A DNA stretch of 32,000 bases from Candidatus Micrarchaeum sp. (GCF_016806735.1 NZ_CP060530.1:450001-482000), one strand, 5' to 3'; shown: positions 16,099-24,371, counted from the first letter of the stretch. The notes: generated by a model not told the origin, from the letters alone. Translations and numbers: made by a program.

Positions 16099-17425
16099 AA
16101 TGAACCCGAAAGACATCCTTAAGCTTAGCCTGCAGGGCATGTCCCAGCGAAAGCTAAGGACTGGTCTCACTGTCCTCACCGTAATGATAGGGGTGGCTAC
16201 AATAATAGCGCTGATATCCCTTGTCACCGGGGTTACGGCAAGCATAACGCAGTCGCTTGACACCATAGGCCCTACAACAATATACATGTCCGCATCAGGC
16301 CCGGACGGCATATTCACAAATGCGCAGATAAGCGAGATAGAATCGCTTCCCAACGTGAGCTCGGTAATACCTATGCTCCGGTTCAGCGCAAACATAACTA
16401 CCAGCACCGGCTCAAGCCCAACTACGGTTTTGGGAATAGAAAATTCCAGCCTGGAATCTGTGCTTGGCAAGCTTGACTACAGCTCAGGCACCCTGTATTC
16501 TGATTCCGGTACAGGCCAGGCATTACTGGGATACAGCATAGCCAATCCTAGCTCCGGCTCTGCCCCAAACATAGAGCTTGACCAGCCTCTTTACCTTACC
16601 GGAATAAGAACATCTGCCGGGGTAAAGACGGTTCCGATTATTCCTACCGGGATACTTGGCGAATACGGTACCTCGTTCTTTGTGGACCCTGATACAAGCA
16701 TATTCATGCCGCTTACGCAAGCCGAAAGCATGATAAACAAATACTCGTACAACGTTCTCGTAATAAAGGCCACGAGCCTGAATTCGACATCTGCGCTTTC
16801 CACGTTGCTGTCAGACGTATTCGGAAACAGCGCGACAGTGCTGTCAGTCCAGAGCATAACCTCAACGGTATCTTCTATAACCGGCACGCTCAGCCTTCTG
16901 CTGGGCTCGATAGGCGGCATCTCTCTAATAGTGGCAGGAATAGGCATACTGAGCATAATGATGGTTTCGGTATCCGAAAGGACAAAGGAGATAGGCATAT
17001 TAAAGTCGATAGGCTTCAAGCAGCGCGACATAATGCTGTTGTTTCTTTCAGAAGCAATAATGATCGGAGTCATAGGCGGAATGGTCGGGATGGTTGCAGG
17101 GGCTGGAGGCTCTTACATACTTCCAGCGCTTCTCTCTTCGCATAGCACAACGGCTTCAGCGGCTCCATCAACATCGTCGCCTGCGGTGGGCAGAGGCTTT
17201 TCAGGAGGAGGTTCATCAGGATTCGGAGGAAGGAGCTCTGGTTTTGCAAGCTCAAGCTCAGGCTTTGGATCTTCTTCGTCTTCGGTGAGCTTTTCTCCGG
17301 TAATAACCGTACAGACACTGCTTCTCGCATTTACAATTGCCATACTGATAAGCGTTGCAGCCGGCGCATATCCTGCCTGGAAGGCCTCCAAGGTCGATCC
17401 AATAATAGCGCTCAGGAGCGAGTGA
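16099..17425 (+). CDS. ABC transporter permease, FtsX/MacB-type, with a Ser/Gly-rich insertion
   Basis: TM1 (LRTGLTVLTVMIGVATIIALISLV), an extracytoplasmic domain of about 220 aa and a C-terminal FtsX domain (ERTKEIGILKSIGFKQRDI...AYPAWKASKVDPIIALRSE). The start is the ATG at 16099 or the GTG at 16091. Confidence 0.85.
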
Positions 17426-17436
17426 AAGGTCCGGGC

Positions 17437-17748
17437 TCAATACTGCTCCATAATTTCCGCTACTGCGCTGCTCAGCCCCATCATGTAAGCTTCTTCTGCA
17501 GAACAATTTTCAAGGCACTGCATGTCCACGTACAGAACGTTTCCAGATTTAAACGAATAGCTCTTTATTTTGTCTTCCGCACTCGCCTTGCCATATCTAA
17601 TCCTGAACTCTTCATGCCCTATGTAATTTACGTACATTATGCTTCTGTCCTTTCCATAGGACTTTTCAAAACCCTTTCTGAAGCTTTTCAAATTCTTTTG
17701 AACTGTTTCTATTTCGCTACGATTCTTGTATTCCACCAATGCACCCAA
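17437..17748 (-). CDS. hypothetical small protein (103 aa)
   Basis: ORF with protein-like composition, convergent with the permease gene. The plus-strand ORF 17422-17754 looks like its shadow. No motif recognised. Confidence 0.45.
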   Translation of the reverse strand: MGALVEYKNRSEIETVQKNLKSFRKGFEKSYGKDRSIMYVNYIGHEEFRIRYGKASAEDKIKSYSFKSGNVLYVDMQCLENCSAEEAYMMGLSSAVAEIMEQY

Positions 17749-17829
17749 ATATAATCAGGCCTTTCTTTATACTTACCTTTTGCCATGGTGTTTGACATTT
17801 ATGCAATATGCTGCTCTGGCGTAAATACC

Positions 17830-18576
17830 CTATTTATACGCCTTTCCAAATCCGTTTAAGCTAGTCTTGCCAATTGACCCGACTACTTTGCCTATGCCCT
17901 TGTGGCTAAAACTCAGAACCAGCATTGCAAGTATTGGTATTGCTATAAGCCCTGCAAGGTGTACAAGGCTTACGCTCAGGTACGAATACATCAATATCAA
18001 GAATATCAGTATGAATCCCAGCCTGGTGTTCACGTACACCGGGTCAAAGCCCAGCTTTCTCGATTTCTTGAAACCTTTTTTTCCGCTCCTGACTTTCAGA
18101 TAGTAAAACACCTCAATTCCCATGAAGATTGCCATGAACATGCACATGTCGAACCCTATTATCGACGTGCCTGTGGCGACCTTAAGCCGCAGCTCTGGAA
18201 ACTCCGAAAAATAAGCGAAAGACATAGCCGAAGCTATATACGTCGATATCACTGCAGAGGCAAATATGTATGGCATGCGCATGCCTCTTTTAGTGACGCG
18301 GCTCAGATACCCGAAATAAGCTCCCGCGCCGAATATCAATACGGCTACGAATACGAAGTTTGAGGCTACTGCCACGAAGAACCCTGCAGAACTGCTGGCC
18401 AATATGCAGTTTTCCAGCGGATTGAACGGAGCTGTTACAAACAGGAAAGTGCTGTTGAGCACCGGCCTGGTGCATGACCCTTCAAACACTGCCACAAGCA
18501 GATACAGCGCCATGAAAAGCAGAGTATATCTTGCTCCATTATCGAGATAATCAAGGGTAACTGGCTTTCTTTTCAT
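17830..18576 (-). CDS. polytopic membrane protein (6-7 TM); weak rhomboid-like Ser/His pattern only
   Basis: 248 aa with hydrophobic helices throughout. GTSIIGF and VHLAGL are reminiscent of rhomboid GxSG/AHxGG motifs but not convincing. GAGAGG lies about 8 nt upstream of the ATG. Confidence 0.55.
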   Translation of the reverse strand: MKRKPVTLDYLDNGARYTLLFMALYLLVAVFEGSCTRPVLNSTFLFVTAPFNPLENCILASSSAGFFVAVASNFVFVAVLIFGAGAYFGYLSRVTKRGMRMPYIFASAVISTYIASAMSFAYFSEFPELRLKVATGTSIIGFDMCMFMAIFMGIEVFYYLKVRSGKKGFKKSRKLGFDPVYVNTRLGFILIFLILMYSYLSVSLVHLAGLIAIPILAMLVLSFSHKGIGKVVGSIGKTSLNGFGKAYK

Positions 18577-18660
18577 TGAAATCCTCTCGGATGCTGCACA
18601 AAAGTATTATATCCAAAACTATAAATATAATCCACGGATAATGAGAAATCGGCTTTGGCA

Positions 18661-19053
18661 ATGAACTTGAGTTTTACTTTGTTTGATGCATCCGCACCGC
18701 AAGGAATGTCAAAATACGAGGGCGCGAAGCTAGCTGCTGAAAAAGCCGTATTTGGAGCACTTCTGCACGATAAGGAGTTCAGGGATATAGCAAAGGGCTT
18801 ATATGCAAGCAACAGCATGGACGCGCTAAGCCGCATGCTCAAGTCTGTGATATCCAATGAAATTAAAATGGAAATATCAGACCTGTTATTCCAGATAAAG
18901 GACAAACATGACCCTTGGGAGCGTGCAAAGCCTGGCAGTACCGAGCTTCTGTTCTCGGCAATCAAGATGTTCGATTCCAAAACGCTTGACATGGTAAGCG
19001 TTTACAAGAATGCAGATGGCATGCTCGAAATCCTGCTTGGCATGCTTCGCTAG
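18661..19053 (+). CDS. hypothetical protein (about 130 aa)
   Basis: Balanced composition, versus a Ser/Leu-rich antisense ORF at 18573-18992. The ATG at 18661 is preferred over the TTG at 18655. Confidence 0.5.
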   Translation: MNLSFTLFDASAPQGMSKYEGAKLAAEKAVFGALLHDKEFRDIAKGLYASNSMDALSRMLKSVISNEIKMEISDLLFQIKDKHDPWERAKPGSTELLFSAIKMFDSKTLDMVSVYKNADGMLEILLGMLR

Positions 19054-19097
19054 CTTTCCAAAAAGGCAAGTTTCAGTCCTGTTTCATTGGTATTGTT

Positions 19098-19454
19098 TCA
19101 CACCCTCAAAAGCTTGGAATCTTTCAGCAGCGCGTATGCGTATTCAGCTATTTCCCGCGCTTCAGCCCTTGCTCTTTCGCCGATGTTCCCAATGTAAGCC
19201 CTTGAAGCCACAACTACGCTGTTCCTGTCAAACACATATATCTGCATCGACTCGTCGGGCATCAGCAGCTTCTCCTCCTCAGTGTACACATATTGGTTTT
19301 TGGAGGCATATTCCCTTACTGCATCGGCTATTCTTCCAGCTTCTGCCTGTCCAGCAGGAAATGTGTAGATCACACGCTCTCCGTTGCGCTTTTCAACAGT
19401 TCTCATGTACTTGCTCAAAGAAGGAGTTTCGGATTGTTTTTGTGGCATTTTCAC
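19098..19454 (-). CDS. hypothetical protein (118 aa)
   Basis: Protein-like composition. The overlapping plus-strand ORF 19010-19486 is Cys/Ser/Arg-rich and looks like a shadow frame. Confidence 0.5.
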   Translation of the reverse strand: MKMPQKQSETPSLSKYMRTVEKRNGERVIYTFPAGQAEAGRIADAVREYASKNQYVYTEEEKLLMPDESMQIYVFDRNSVVVASRAYIGNIGERARAEAREIAEYAYALLKDSKLLRV

Positions 19455-19687
19455 ACCACATAAAATTATCTTTCATAAACATATAAATACCCTATTCTTG
19501 GCCTCAATGTGTGCTGCATTCCAAGTCAACGGTTCCCCTTCTAGCACAAGCACTATTTCATTTCTTAGCTTAAGCGGAAGGTTTGCGTAGATATTTAGGA
19601 ACTTTCTCTTGCGTCCATCAATATCCTATGCATGATAATATTCAAATATCAACATAACTGCATTCCGATATGCAAACTTGCGATTCC

Positions 19688-20692
19688 CTAAAGCTTGTCC
19701 ATCTTTCTTACTATCTGCAGCAGCAGGTCAAGTATCAATCCCGATATAACTGAAAGAAACCCAACAGTTACAAGCATGAACGCTATCAGCGACCTTCCTA
19801 TTTCGTTGAGCGTGCCGGTGTGCAGGTAGTTGGCTATTACAAAGGCGCCTATGACAAGCCCAGCGAGTATTAAGAGAACTCCGATTACTCCGAATATGAG
19901 AAGCGGAGAATAGTCCCTTGCGGACCTTACGATGTGGCCCGCAACCCCCAAGCCATACAAAAGCTTGGACTTGGCGAGCTTGGATTCCCCGCTTGGCCTG
20001 GGGTAATAGCTTATTGGGATATCCTTTATTTTATTATAGCCTGCCTTGGATACTTCGAGAACGAAGAACAGCGTGCCTGCCCTATAAGGCACCACTTCGC
20101 TTATCGCTTCGAACGCCTTTTTCTTCATTGCGAATATGCCTGAAAGCGCATCGTGTATGCCTATGCCGTGTACGGCGTTGTATATCTTCGTTATGTTCTT
20201 GTTGCCGAACGAGATATATCCGTTCATGGCCTTCCTGTCCCTATTGTGGAGCCTGTTGCCGAGCGCCATATCTGCATCTCCTTCAACGACAAGCGCAACA
20301 ACCTTGGCAAGGTCCTCAGGATCGTATGTCCCGTCCGGATCTATTGTTGCTAGCACATTGCCTTTTGCGTGCGAGAAACCCTCCATAAGCGCGTTCTCAT
20401 AGCCCTTGCTCTGCTGCTCTACTAGCTTGACCTTCTTTGCGCGTATCCTCCTCCTGTATTCTGGGCCGCTCTTGTCTATGACTATTATCTCGCATCCGGG
20501 CATGAGCGCCCTAATGCTGTCTATGACCGCGAACGCGCCCTCCTCCTCTATTGTTGGGAGTACCACGCTAACGCCATTCCATCTCAAGTTCCGCACCTTT
20601 CTGTTTAAATTGAAAGCCAATCCGTTAAATACTTTTCCAAAGGCATTAATAAAAGTGGCAATTGCTGATGTCAATGGAGGAATTTGACGCAT
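19688..20692 (-). CDS. GT2 glycosyltransferase, dolichyl-phosphate mannose/glucose synthase-like, with C-terminal TM helices
   Basis: VSVVLPTIEEEG...IIVIDKSG...ATIDPDGTYDPEDL (DxD region) and two C-terminal TM helices. The ATG at 20692 would overlap the divergent ppa-like gene. A TTG at 20587 (preceded by AAGGTG and a TTTAAA box about 24 nt upstream) or a GTG at 20596 is a plausible true start. Confidence 0.8.
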   Translation of the reverse strand: MRQIPPLTSAIATFINAFGKVFNGLAFNLNRKVRNLRWNGVSVVLPTIEEEGAFAVIDSIRALMPGCEIIVIDKSGPEYRRRIRAKKVKLVEQQSKGYENALMEGFSHAKGNVLATIDPDGTYDPEDLAKVVALVVEGDADMALGNRLHNRDRKAMNGYISFGNKNITKIYNAVHGIGIHDALSGIFAMKKKAFEAISEVVPYRAGTLFFVLEVSKAGYNKIKDIPISYYPRPSGESKLAKSKLLYGLGVAGHIVRSARDYSPLLIFGVIGVLLILAGLVIGAFVIANYLHTGTLNEIGRSLIAFMLVTVGFLSVISGLILDLLLQIVRKMDKL

Positions 20693-21165
20693 GCATAGAA
20701 ATGCTTGCAGGATCTTCGCTCAAGCACGTGTACAATGAAAAGCTGGGCAAGCTCGTTGTGCACAGGAAATCGGCTTTTCCCCTTCCTAAAAACTTCAACT
20801 ACGGCTTCATAAAAGGCACGCTCAGCCATGACGGCGATCCGCTGGACGTATTCGTAATGAGCAGCAAGCGCCTAAGGCTTGGCTCTACGGTCAAGGCGAG
20901 AGCCATAGGGCTGCTCTACGTCAAAGACGAAACTGGCATTGACAACAAGATAATGGCCGTGGATTCATCAGACAAAACAATGGGTGAAATTTTGGAGTTA
21001 TCCATGCTTGATAAGGAAAAGCTCAACTCCTTGATTTACATGCTGGAACACAACAAGGACGGCCTGAAAGGCAGATGGACAAAGGTCTATTCAATTGGGG
21101 ACAGCAAAAAAGCGCTCTTGGAAATACGTGCCTCGTTCAAGAATTTCCGGAACAGAAATATCTGA
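20668..21165 (+). CDS. ppa: family I inorganic pyrophosphatase-like protein (divergent)
   Basis: NYGFIKGTLSHDGDPLDVFV and VKDETGIDNKIMAV match the PPase core (DGDPxDV; DExGxDxK). The N-terminal IEMLAGSSLKHVYNEK deviates from IEIPKGS.NKYE.D. The start is the ATG at 20668 or 20674. Confidence 0.75.
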   Translation: MSMEEFDACIEMLAGSSLKHVYNEKLGKLVVHRKSAFPLPKNFNYGFIKGTLSHDGDPLDVFVMSSKRLRLGSTVKARAIGLLYVKDETGIDNKIMAVDSSDKTMGEILELSMLDKEKLNSLIYMLEHNKDGLKGRWTKVYSIGDSKKALLEIRASFKNFRNRNI

Positions 21166-21259
21166 AACTGCCGCCTGCGCTTTCAAAGCTTAACCGGCAA
21201 TATCTGCAGTTATGCAATAATGATTTATTCTTTTACTGAGAATATGTGCTGGTGTTAAA

Positions 21260-21925
21260 ATGAAAATAGGAATCATAGGTACTGGGAATGTTGCAAAAAG
21301 CATAGGCGAAGCGCTTTCAAAGAGCAACGAAGTCGTTTATGGCTCGAGGAAGCCCGAAGAGGCAAAGCAGAAGATGCCGAACGCCAATGTGCAGAGCATA
21401 GAGGAAGCAGCAAGGAATTCGGAGCTCATAATACTTGCGGTGCCATACGAAGCCGCAAAGGAAGCGGTAAAGGAGATGAAGAAAGCCGAAGAAGGCAAGA
21501 TACTTGTGGATGTCTCAAATCCAATGGACAAGAACTGGAGATGGGCAAAGGGCTTCAACGAGTCCGCTGCGGAAGAGCTAGCCAAGCACGCAAAGGGCGC
21601 CAAGGTTGTCAAGGCTTTCAATACTATATTTGCAGAGAATATGAAGACCGGGCAGCTGGGGAACGAGAAGCTTGCCACGTTCATAGCAGGCGACGACGAG
21701 CAGGCAAAGGCTACCGTAATGAGCCTCGCCAAGAGCATAGGCATGGATCCGGTTGACGTGGGCGCATTGGAAAAAGCGCGCTACATAGAGCCCACAGGGC
21801 TTCTGCTCATAGAACTGGGCTATGGAAAGAAGATGGGCTCAGGCATAGGGCTCAAGCTTGTGAGGGGCCAGCAGGCTCAGCAGCCTTCTGCAGCGCAGGC
21901 ACCTTCGGCTCCAACGCAGCAATAA
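21260..21925 (+). CDS. npdG: NADP(H) oxidoreductase of the NpdG / F420-dependent NADP reductase family (COG2085-like)
   Basis: MKIGIIGTGNVAKSIGEAL Rossmann start, plus LAVPYEA and VVKAFNTI. An unusual Q/A/P-rich C-terminal tail is present (RGQQAQQPSAAQAPSAPTQQ). Confidence 0.75.
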   Translation: MKIGIIGTGNVAKSIGEALSKSNEVVYGSRKPEEAKQKMPNANVQSIEEAARNSELIILAVPYEAAKEAVKEMKKAEEGKILVDVSNPMDKNWRWAKGFNESAAEELAKHAKGAKVVKAFNTIFAENMKTGQLGNEKLATFIAGDDEQAKATVMSLAKSIGMDPVDVGALEKARYIEPTGLLLIELGYGKKMGSGIGLKLVRGQQAQQPSAAQAPSAPTQQ

Positions 21926-21966
21926 TAATACGGATCACGGCAGCAATAAGCTCTATTCGGATTTTG

Positions 21967-21998
21967 GGCGTGGCAAAATGCCCCGCCATCTTATTTTT
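21967..21998 (+). terminator. hairpin (GGCGTGGCA-AAA-TGCCCCGCC, one mismatch) followed by a TTATTTTT tract
   Basis: Read from the sequence about 40 nt after the npdG-like stop. Oligo-T tracts act as archaeal terminators. Confidence 0.4.
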
Positions 21999-22154
21999 AA
22001 AATATGGGCCGGAAATAAAATCTAATTTATGCGCATGACGAAATCCACTGGATTGAAAACAGGCATAAAATCAGGGTATGCTTGCATACAATCAGGAAAT
22101 CTATAAATATATAAAAAAACGCAAATATATTACCAAGGATGGAAAGGTTTTGTT

Positions 22155-22583
22155 ATGGAAATATTCAAGAATAAGTATGGTTCAACCGAAAACAAAGCAA
22201 ACGACGCAACTAAGCAGGCTTCGGCACAATCGCAAAAACAGGAAGAAAACTATAGGAACTTACTCAGGGAAAATTCAAATACTGGAGAAAAACAGTCAAG
22301 TTCCAGGCTTCGCAGGCGCGATAAAAGAAAGCAGACAAAAACCGAAAAAATCTCAACCGGGGTAGGCCTCGCCGGGATTGCAACCATTCTCGGGACCGAA
22401 CTATTTGCCGTAGCTGCTACGGCCACTGGTGCATTGAGTTCGGCTGCCATTGCAACATATTCTGGAGCCATGCTTGCAGTTGGAGTTGCCGGAATGGCGG
22501 TTGGCTCAGTGGGATTATATACATCCTTGATTTTGGAAAAATTATCCAAAAGAAAGGAGCATAAGAAAGCGCCAGAAGCATGA
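22155..22583 (+). CDS. hypothetical protein with a K/Q/R-rich N-terminal half and a Gly/Ala-rich C-terminal TM hairpin
   Basis: 142 aa with TM segments GVGLAGIATILGTELFAVAATA and AMLAVGVAGMAVGSVGLYTSLIL. A TATAAATATATAAAAAAA box lies about 40 nt upstream. Confidence 0.45.
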   Translation: MEIFKNKYGSTENKANDATKQASAQSQKQEENYRNLLRENSNTGEKQSSSRLRRRDKRKQTKTEKISTGVGLAGIATILGTELFAVAATATGALSSAAIATYSGAMLAVGVAGMAVGSVGLYTSLILEKLSKRKEHKKAPEA

Positions 22584-22606
22584 CTTCATGCTCGGCGCTT
22601 GGCTTT

Positions 22607-23386
22607 TCAGCACTTCGCTCCTTTCTTCAGCTCTTTCAGCAGCATGTTTGCCGCAACCCCATAACTAGGAAGGTTTTTGGCAAGAGGCTTCAAATCAGAA
22701 TCCCAAATGGGCCCAATCTCTTTTATCCTTCCCTCTAAATTGTCCAAGGAAAAAATTGCATGGTCATGCTCAATCTTTTTGCGGGCCAATCCCATATCGA
22801 GCGCGAATCCGCTGCCGAGCAAGAACCATAAGTCATACAGGTCCCTGGGCTTGACCTCCTTCCTTGTAGCAAGCGCCCTTACTTTCTCTGCCATTATCTC
22901 CTTAATATTCATTACGAGAAGCGAATATGCATGCAGGTCAGGATCTTTATATATCATTCCAGGGTTTATGCTCTTGAAGTCCGGCTTCAGCAAAAGCCCC
23001 TCTTCGTTGTTAAAAGTCATTGGAAGGATGTGGCGCATTCCCGTAGAGCCAAAAGACGGCCCCTCTATGTGCATCTTATACCCGAGCCCGTGCTTTATCT
23101 TTTTAGGGCCTGTAATGCTGGTTGGATAGTAGTCTCCCATCCTTTTTGCAACTCTTTCGATTTTGGCGTTAGGCTCTCCAAAAAGCAGGTTGAAATCCAA
23201 ATCGCGCGACAGCCTTTCGAGCCCGTAGACCTTCTGCAGCGCCATGCCTCCCTTGAACACTAGCTCGTTGGAAAATTCCTCATACATGCAAATCAGCGCA
23301 ACGTGCTGCAGGTAATCGTTCTCGATGAGAAAAGGATCAACGCCGCGCATCTTTGCATAAATGCCAAGTTCTTCTTTGCCTATCAT
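22607..23386 (-). CDS. abiEii: AbiEii/DUF1814-type nucleotidyltransferase toxin (type IV TA), copy 1
   Basis: VFKGGMALQKVYGLERLSRDLDFNL (GG[TM]A...R.S.DLDF motif) and AEKVRALATR...PRDLYDLWFL. A 4-nt ATGA overlap links it to the upstream antitoxin gene. Confidence 0.85.
   Translation of the reverse strand: MIGKEELGIYAKMRGVDPFLIENDYLQHVALICMYEEFSNELVFKGGMALQKVYGLERLSRDLDFNLLFGEPNAKIERVAKRMGDYYPTSITGPKKIKHGLGYKMHIEGPSFGSTGMRHILPMTFNNEEGLLLKPDFKSINPGMIYKDPDLHAYSLLVMNIKEIMAEKVRALATRKEVKPRDLYDLWFLLGSGFALDMGLARKKIEHDHAIFSLDNLEGRIKEIGPIWDSDLKPLAKNLPSYGVAANMLLKELKKGAKC
22644..22697. repeat. 54-nt direct repeat, copy A (inside the 3' end of abiEii copy 1)
   Basis: atgtttgccgcaaccccataactaggaaggtttttggcaagaggcttcaaatca matches 24131-24184 at 53 of 54 positions. 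Confidence 0.95.
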
Positions 23387-23958
23387 TTTTGCACCAGCTT
23401 TTTTGCTTTTGAATATACGCTCTTTACTCCGCTTTTTTCTGCATACAGCAGCAATTTTTCAGCATCGAAAATGCCTGCGTCATTGGCATTTTCCATTGCC
23501 TCGCTTATATATTGCGTATCTTCAAGCAGGTACAGCGAATCTACTATTGCCTTTTCTATGTCGGCAATCGAAACATCATGCTTCCTGCTGTAGCCATAGA
23601 GCATCTCTTTCTTTACGCTCCTGAACTCTATCCGCGTTCCAGAGAACAATTCAATGCTGGAATGCCTTTTGCCTGTTATCACCTTTATTGTGCTTGACAC
23701 CTGGTCTATGAGCTTATAATATACCAATGCTGATATCAGGCTCACATAGGAGGGATGCAGTATTGCGGACGCAATCCTGAACGGGTCAGTGCCGTTTACG
23801 CAGTACAAGCCGTTTTGTATGCGCAAAAACCTCTTGCTTTTTGAAAGCGCTAGGTATACGTAATTCAGGCGTTTGCCTGTAATCCTGGCCACGTCTTTAG
23901 GAGTAAATATGTCAAGCCCGTTTAGCTTAAGCTCTTGCTCCAGTTCCTCGGATTTCAT
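23383..23958 (-). CDS. abiEi: AbiEi-like antitoxin / transcriptional regulator (COG5340-like), copy 1
   Basis: N-terminal wHTH (IFTPKDVARITGKRLNYVYLALSKSKRFLRIQNGLY), then HPSYVSLISALVYYKLIDQV and a C-terminal domain. It is translationally coupled to abiEii. Confidence 0.8.
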   Translation of the reverse strand: MKSEELEQELKLNGLDIFTPKDVARITGKRLNYVYLALSKSKRFLRIQNGLYCVNGTDPFRIASAILHPSYVSLISALVYYKLIDQVSSTIKVITGKRHSSIELFSGTRIEFRSVKKEMLYGYSRKHDVSIADIEKAIVDSLYLLEDTQYISEAMENANDAGIFDAEKLLLYAEKSGVKSVYSKAKKLVQK

Positions 23959-24063
23959 GATTAAGTATTACATGTATATATTCTTATATTTTTCTATAAG
24001 ATTCGTTACATACAACCCTGATTCCTATTCAAAGCCCGAGCAGGCTCTCCGATCACGTTATCT

Positions 24064-24285
24064 GCTCTTTCAGCATCTACAGCTTATGGCTTTCCCGTTG
24101 CTGCCTGTGAATTTTGCCATGCCAAAAGCCATGTTTGCCGCAACCCCATAACTAGGAAGATTTTTGGCAAGAGGCTTCAAATCATGGTGCTATGAAGCCC
24201 AATCTTCCAAATAAAATTCATAGCGCAAAACCAATAGCAGGATTCCTGACTTTGCATTTCCGCTCAATGCGCCCAATGCCATAAA
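24064..24285 (-). pseudogene. decayed 3' remnant of a third abiEii gene
   Basis: On the minus strand it encodes ...DLKPLAKNLPSYGVAANM, identical to the C-terminal region of copy 1. It is flanked by weaker, indel-ridden similarity (gcccaatct, gctcaat, gcg.ccaat.cc) and in-frame stops. A segment of about 55 nt (24076-24130) is absent from the intact copy. The remnant lacks the 5' three quarters of the gene. Confidence 0.6.
24131..24184. repeat. 54-nt direct repeat, copy B (inside the abiEii remnant)
   Basis: It has one G/A difference from copy A and lies 1487 bp from it. Confidence 0.95.
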
Positions 24286-24322
24286 AGTTTTCTCTAATAC
24301 TATTTAACAAAGTGAGCGGGAA

Positions 24323-24347
24323 ATCCCACACTCTTTAGAGGTGGGAT
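24323..24347 (+). repeat. left-end hairpin ATCCCAC-N11-GTGGGAT
   Basis: Perfect 7-bp stem read from the sequence, 58 nt upstream of the tnpB ATG. Confidence 0.6.
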
Positions 24348-24371
24348 GAAAGCGAACCGCAGAGCAACAAG

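Noticed and set aside
17070-17506. Several overlapping ORFs on both strands near the permease 3' end.
   Set aside because: They are generated by the low-complexity Ser/Gly insert. The permease frame continues into the conserved FtsX C-terminus.
19918-20687. Plus-strand ORFs of 66-156 aa.
   Set aside because: They are antisense shadows of the GT2 gene.
22078-22365. A K/R-rich 95-aa ORF overlapping 22155-22583 in another frame.
   Set aside because: The 22155-22583 frame yields a coherent protein with a TM hairpin and sits at the right distance from a TATA-like box. The other frame is low-complexity basic sequence.
22644-24184. A simple recent tandem duplication of a 1487-bp unit as the explanation for the 54-nt repeat.
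   Set aside because: Sequences immediately beyond the two repeat copies are not identical. They show only decayed, indel-rich similarity, and the second copy carries an extra insert of about 55 nt.
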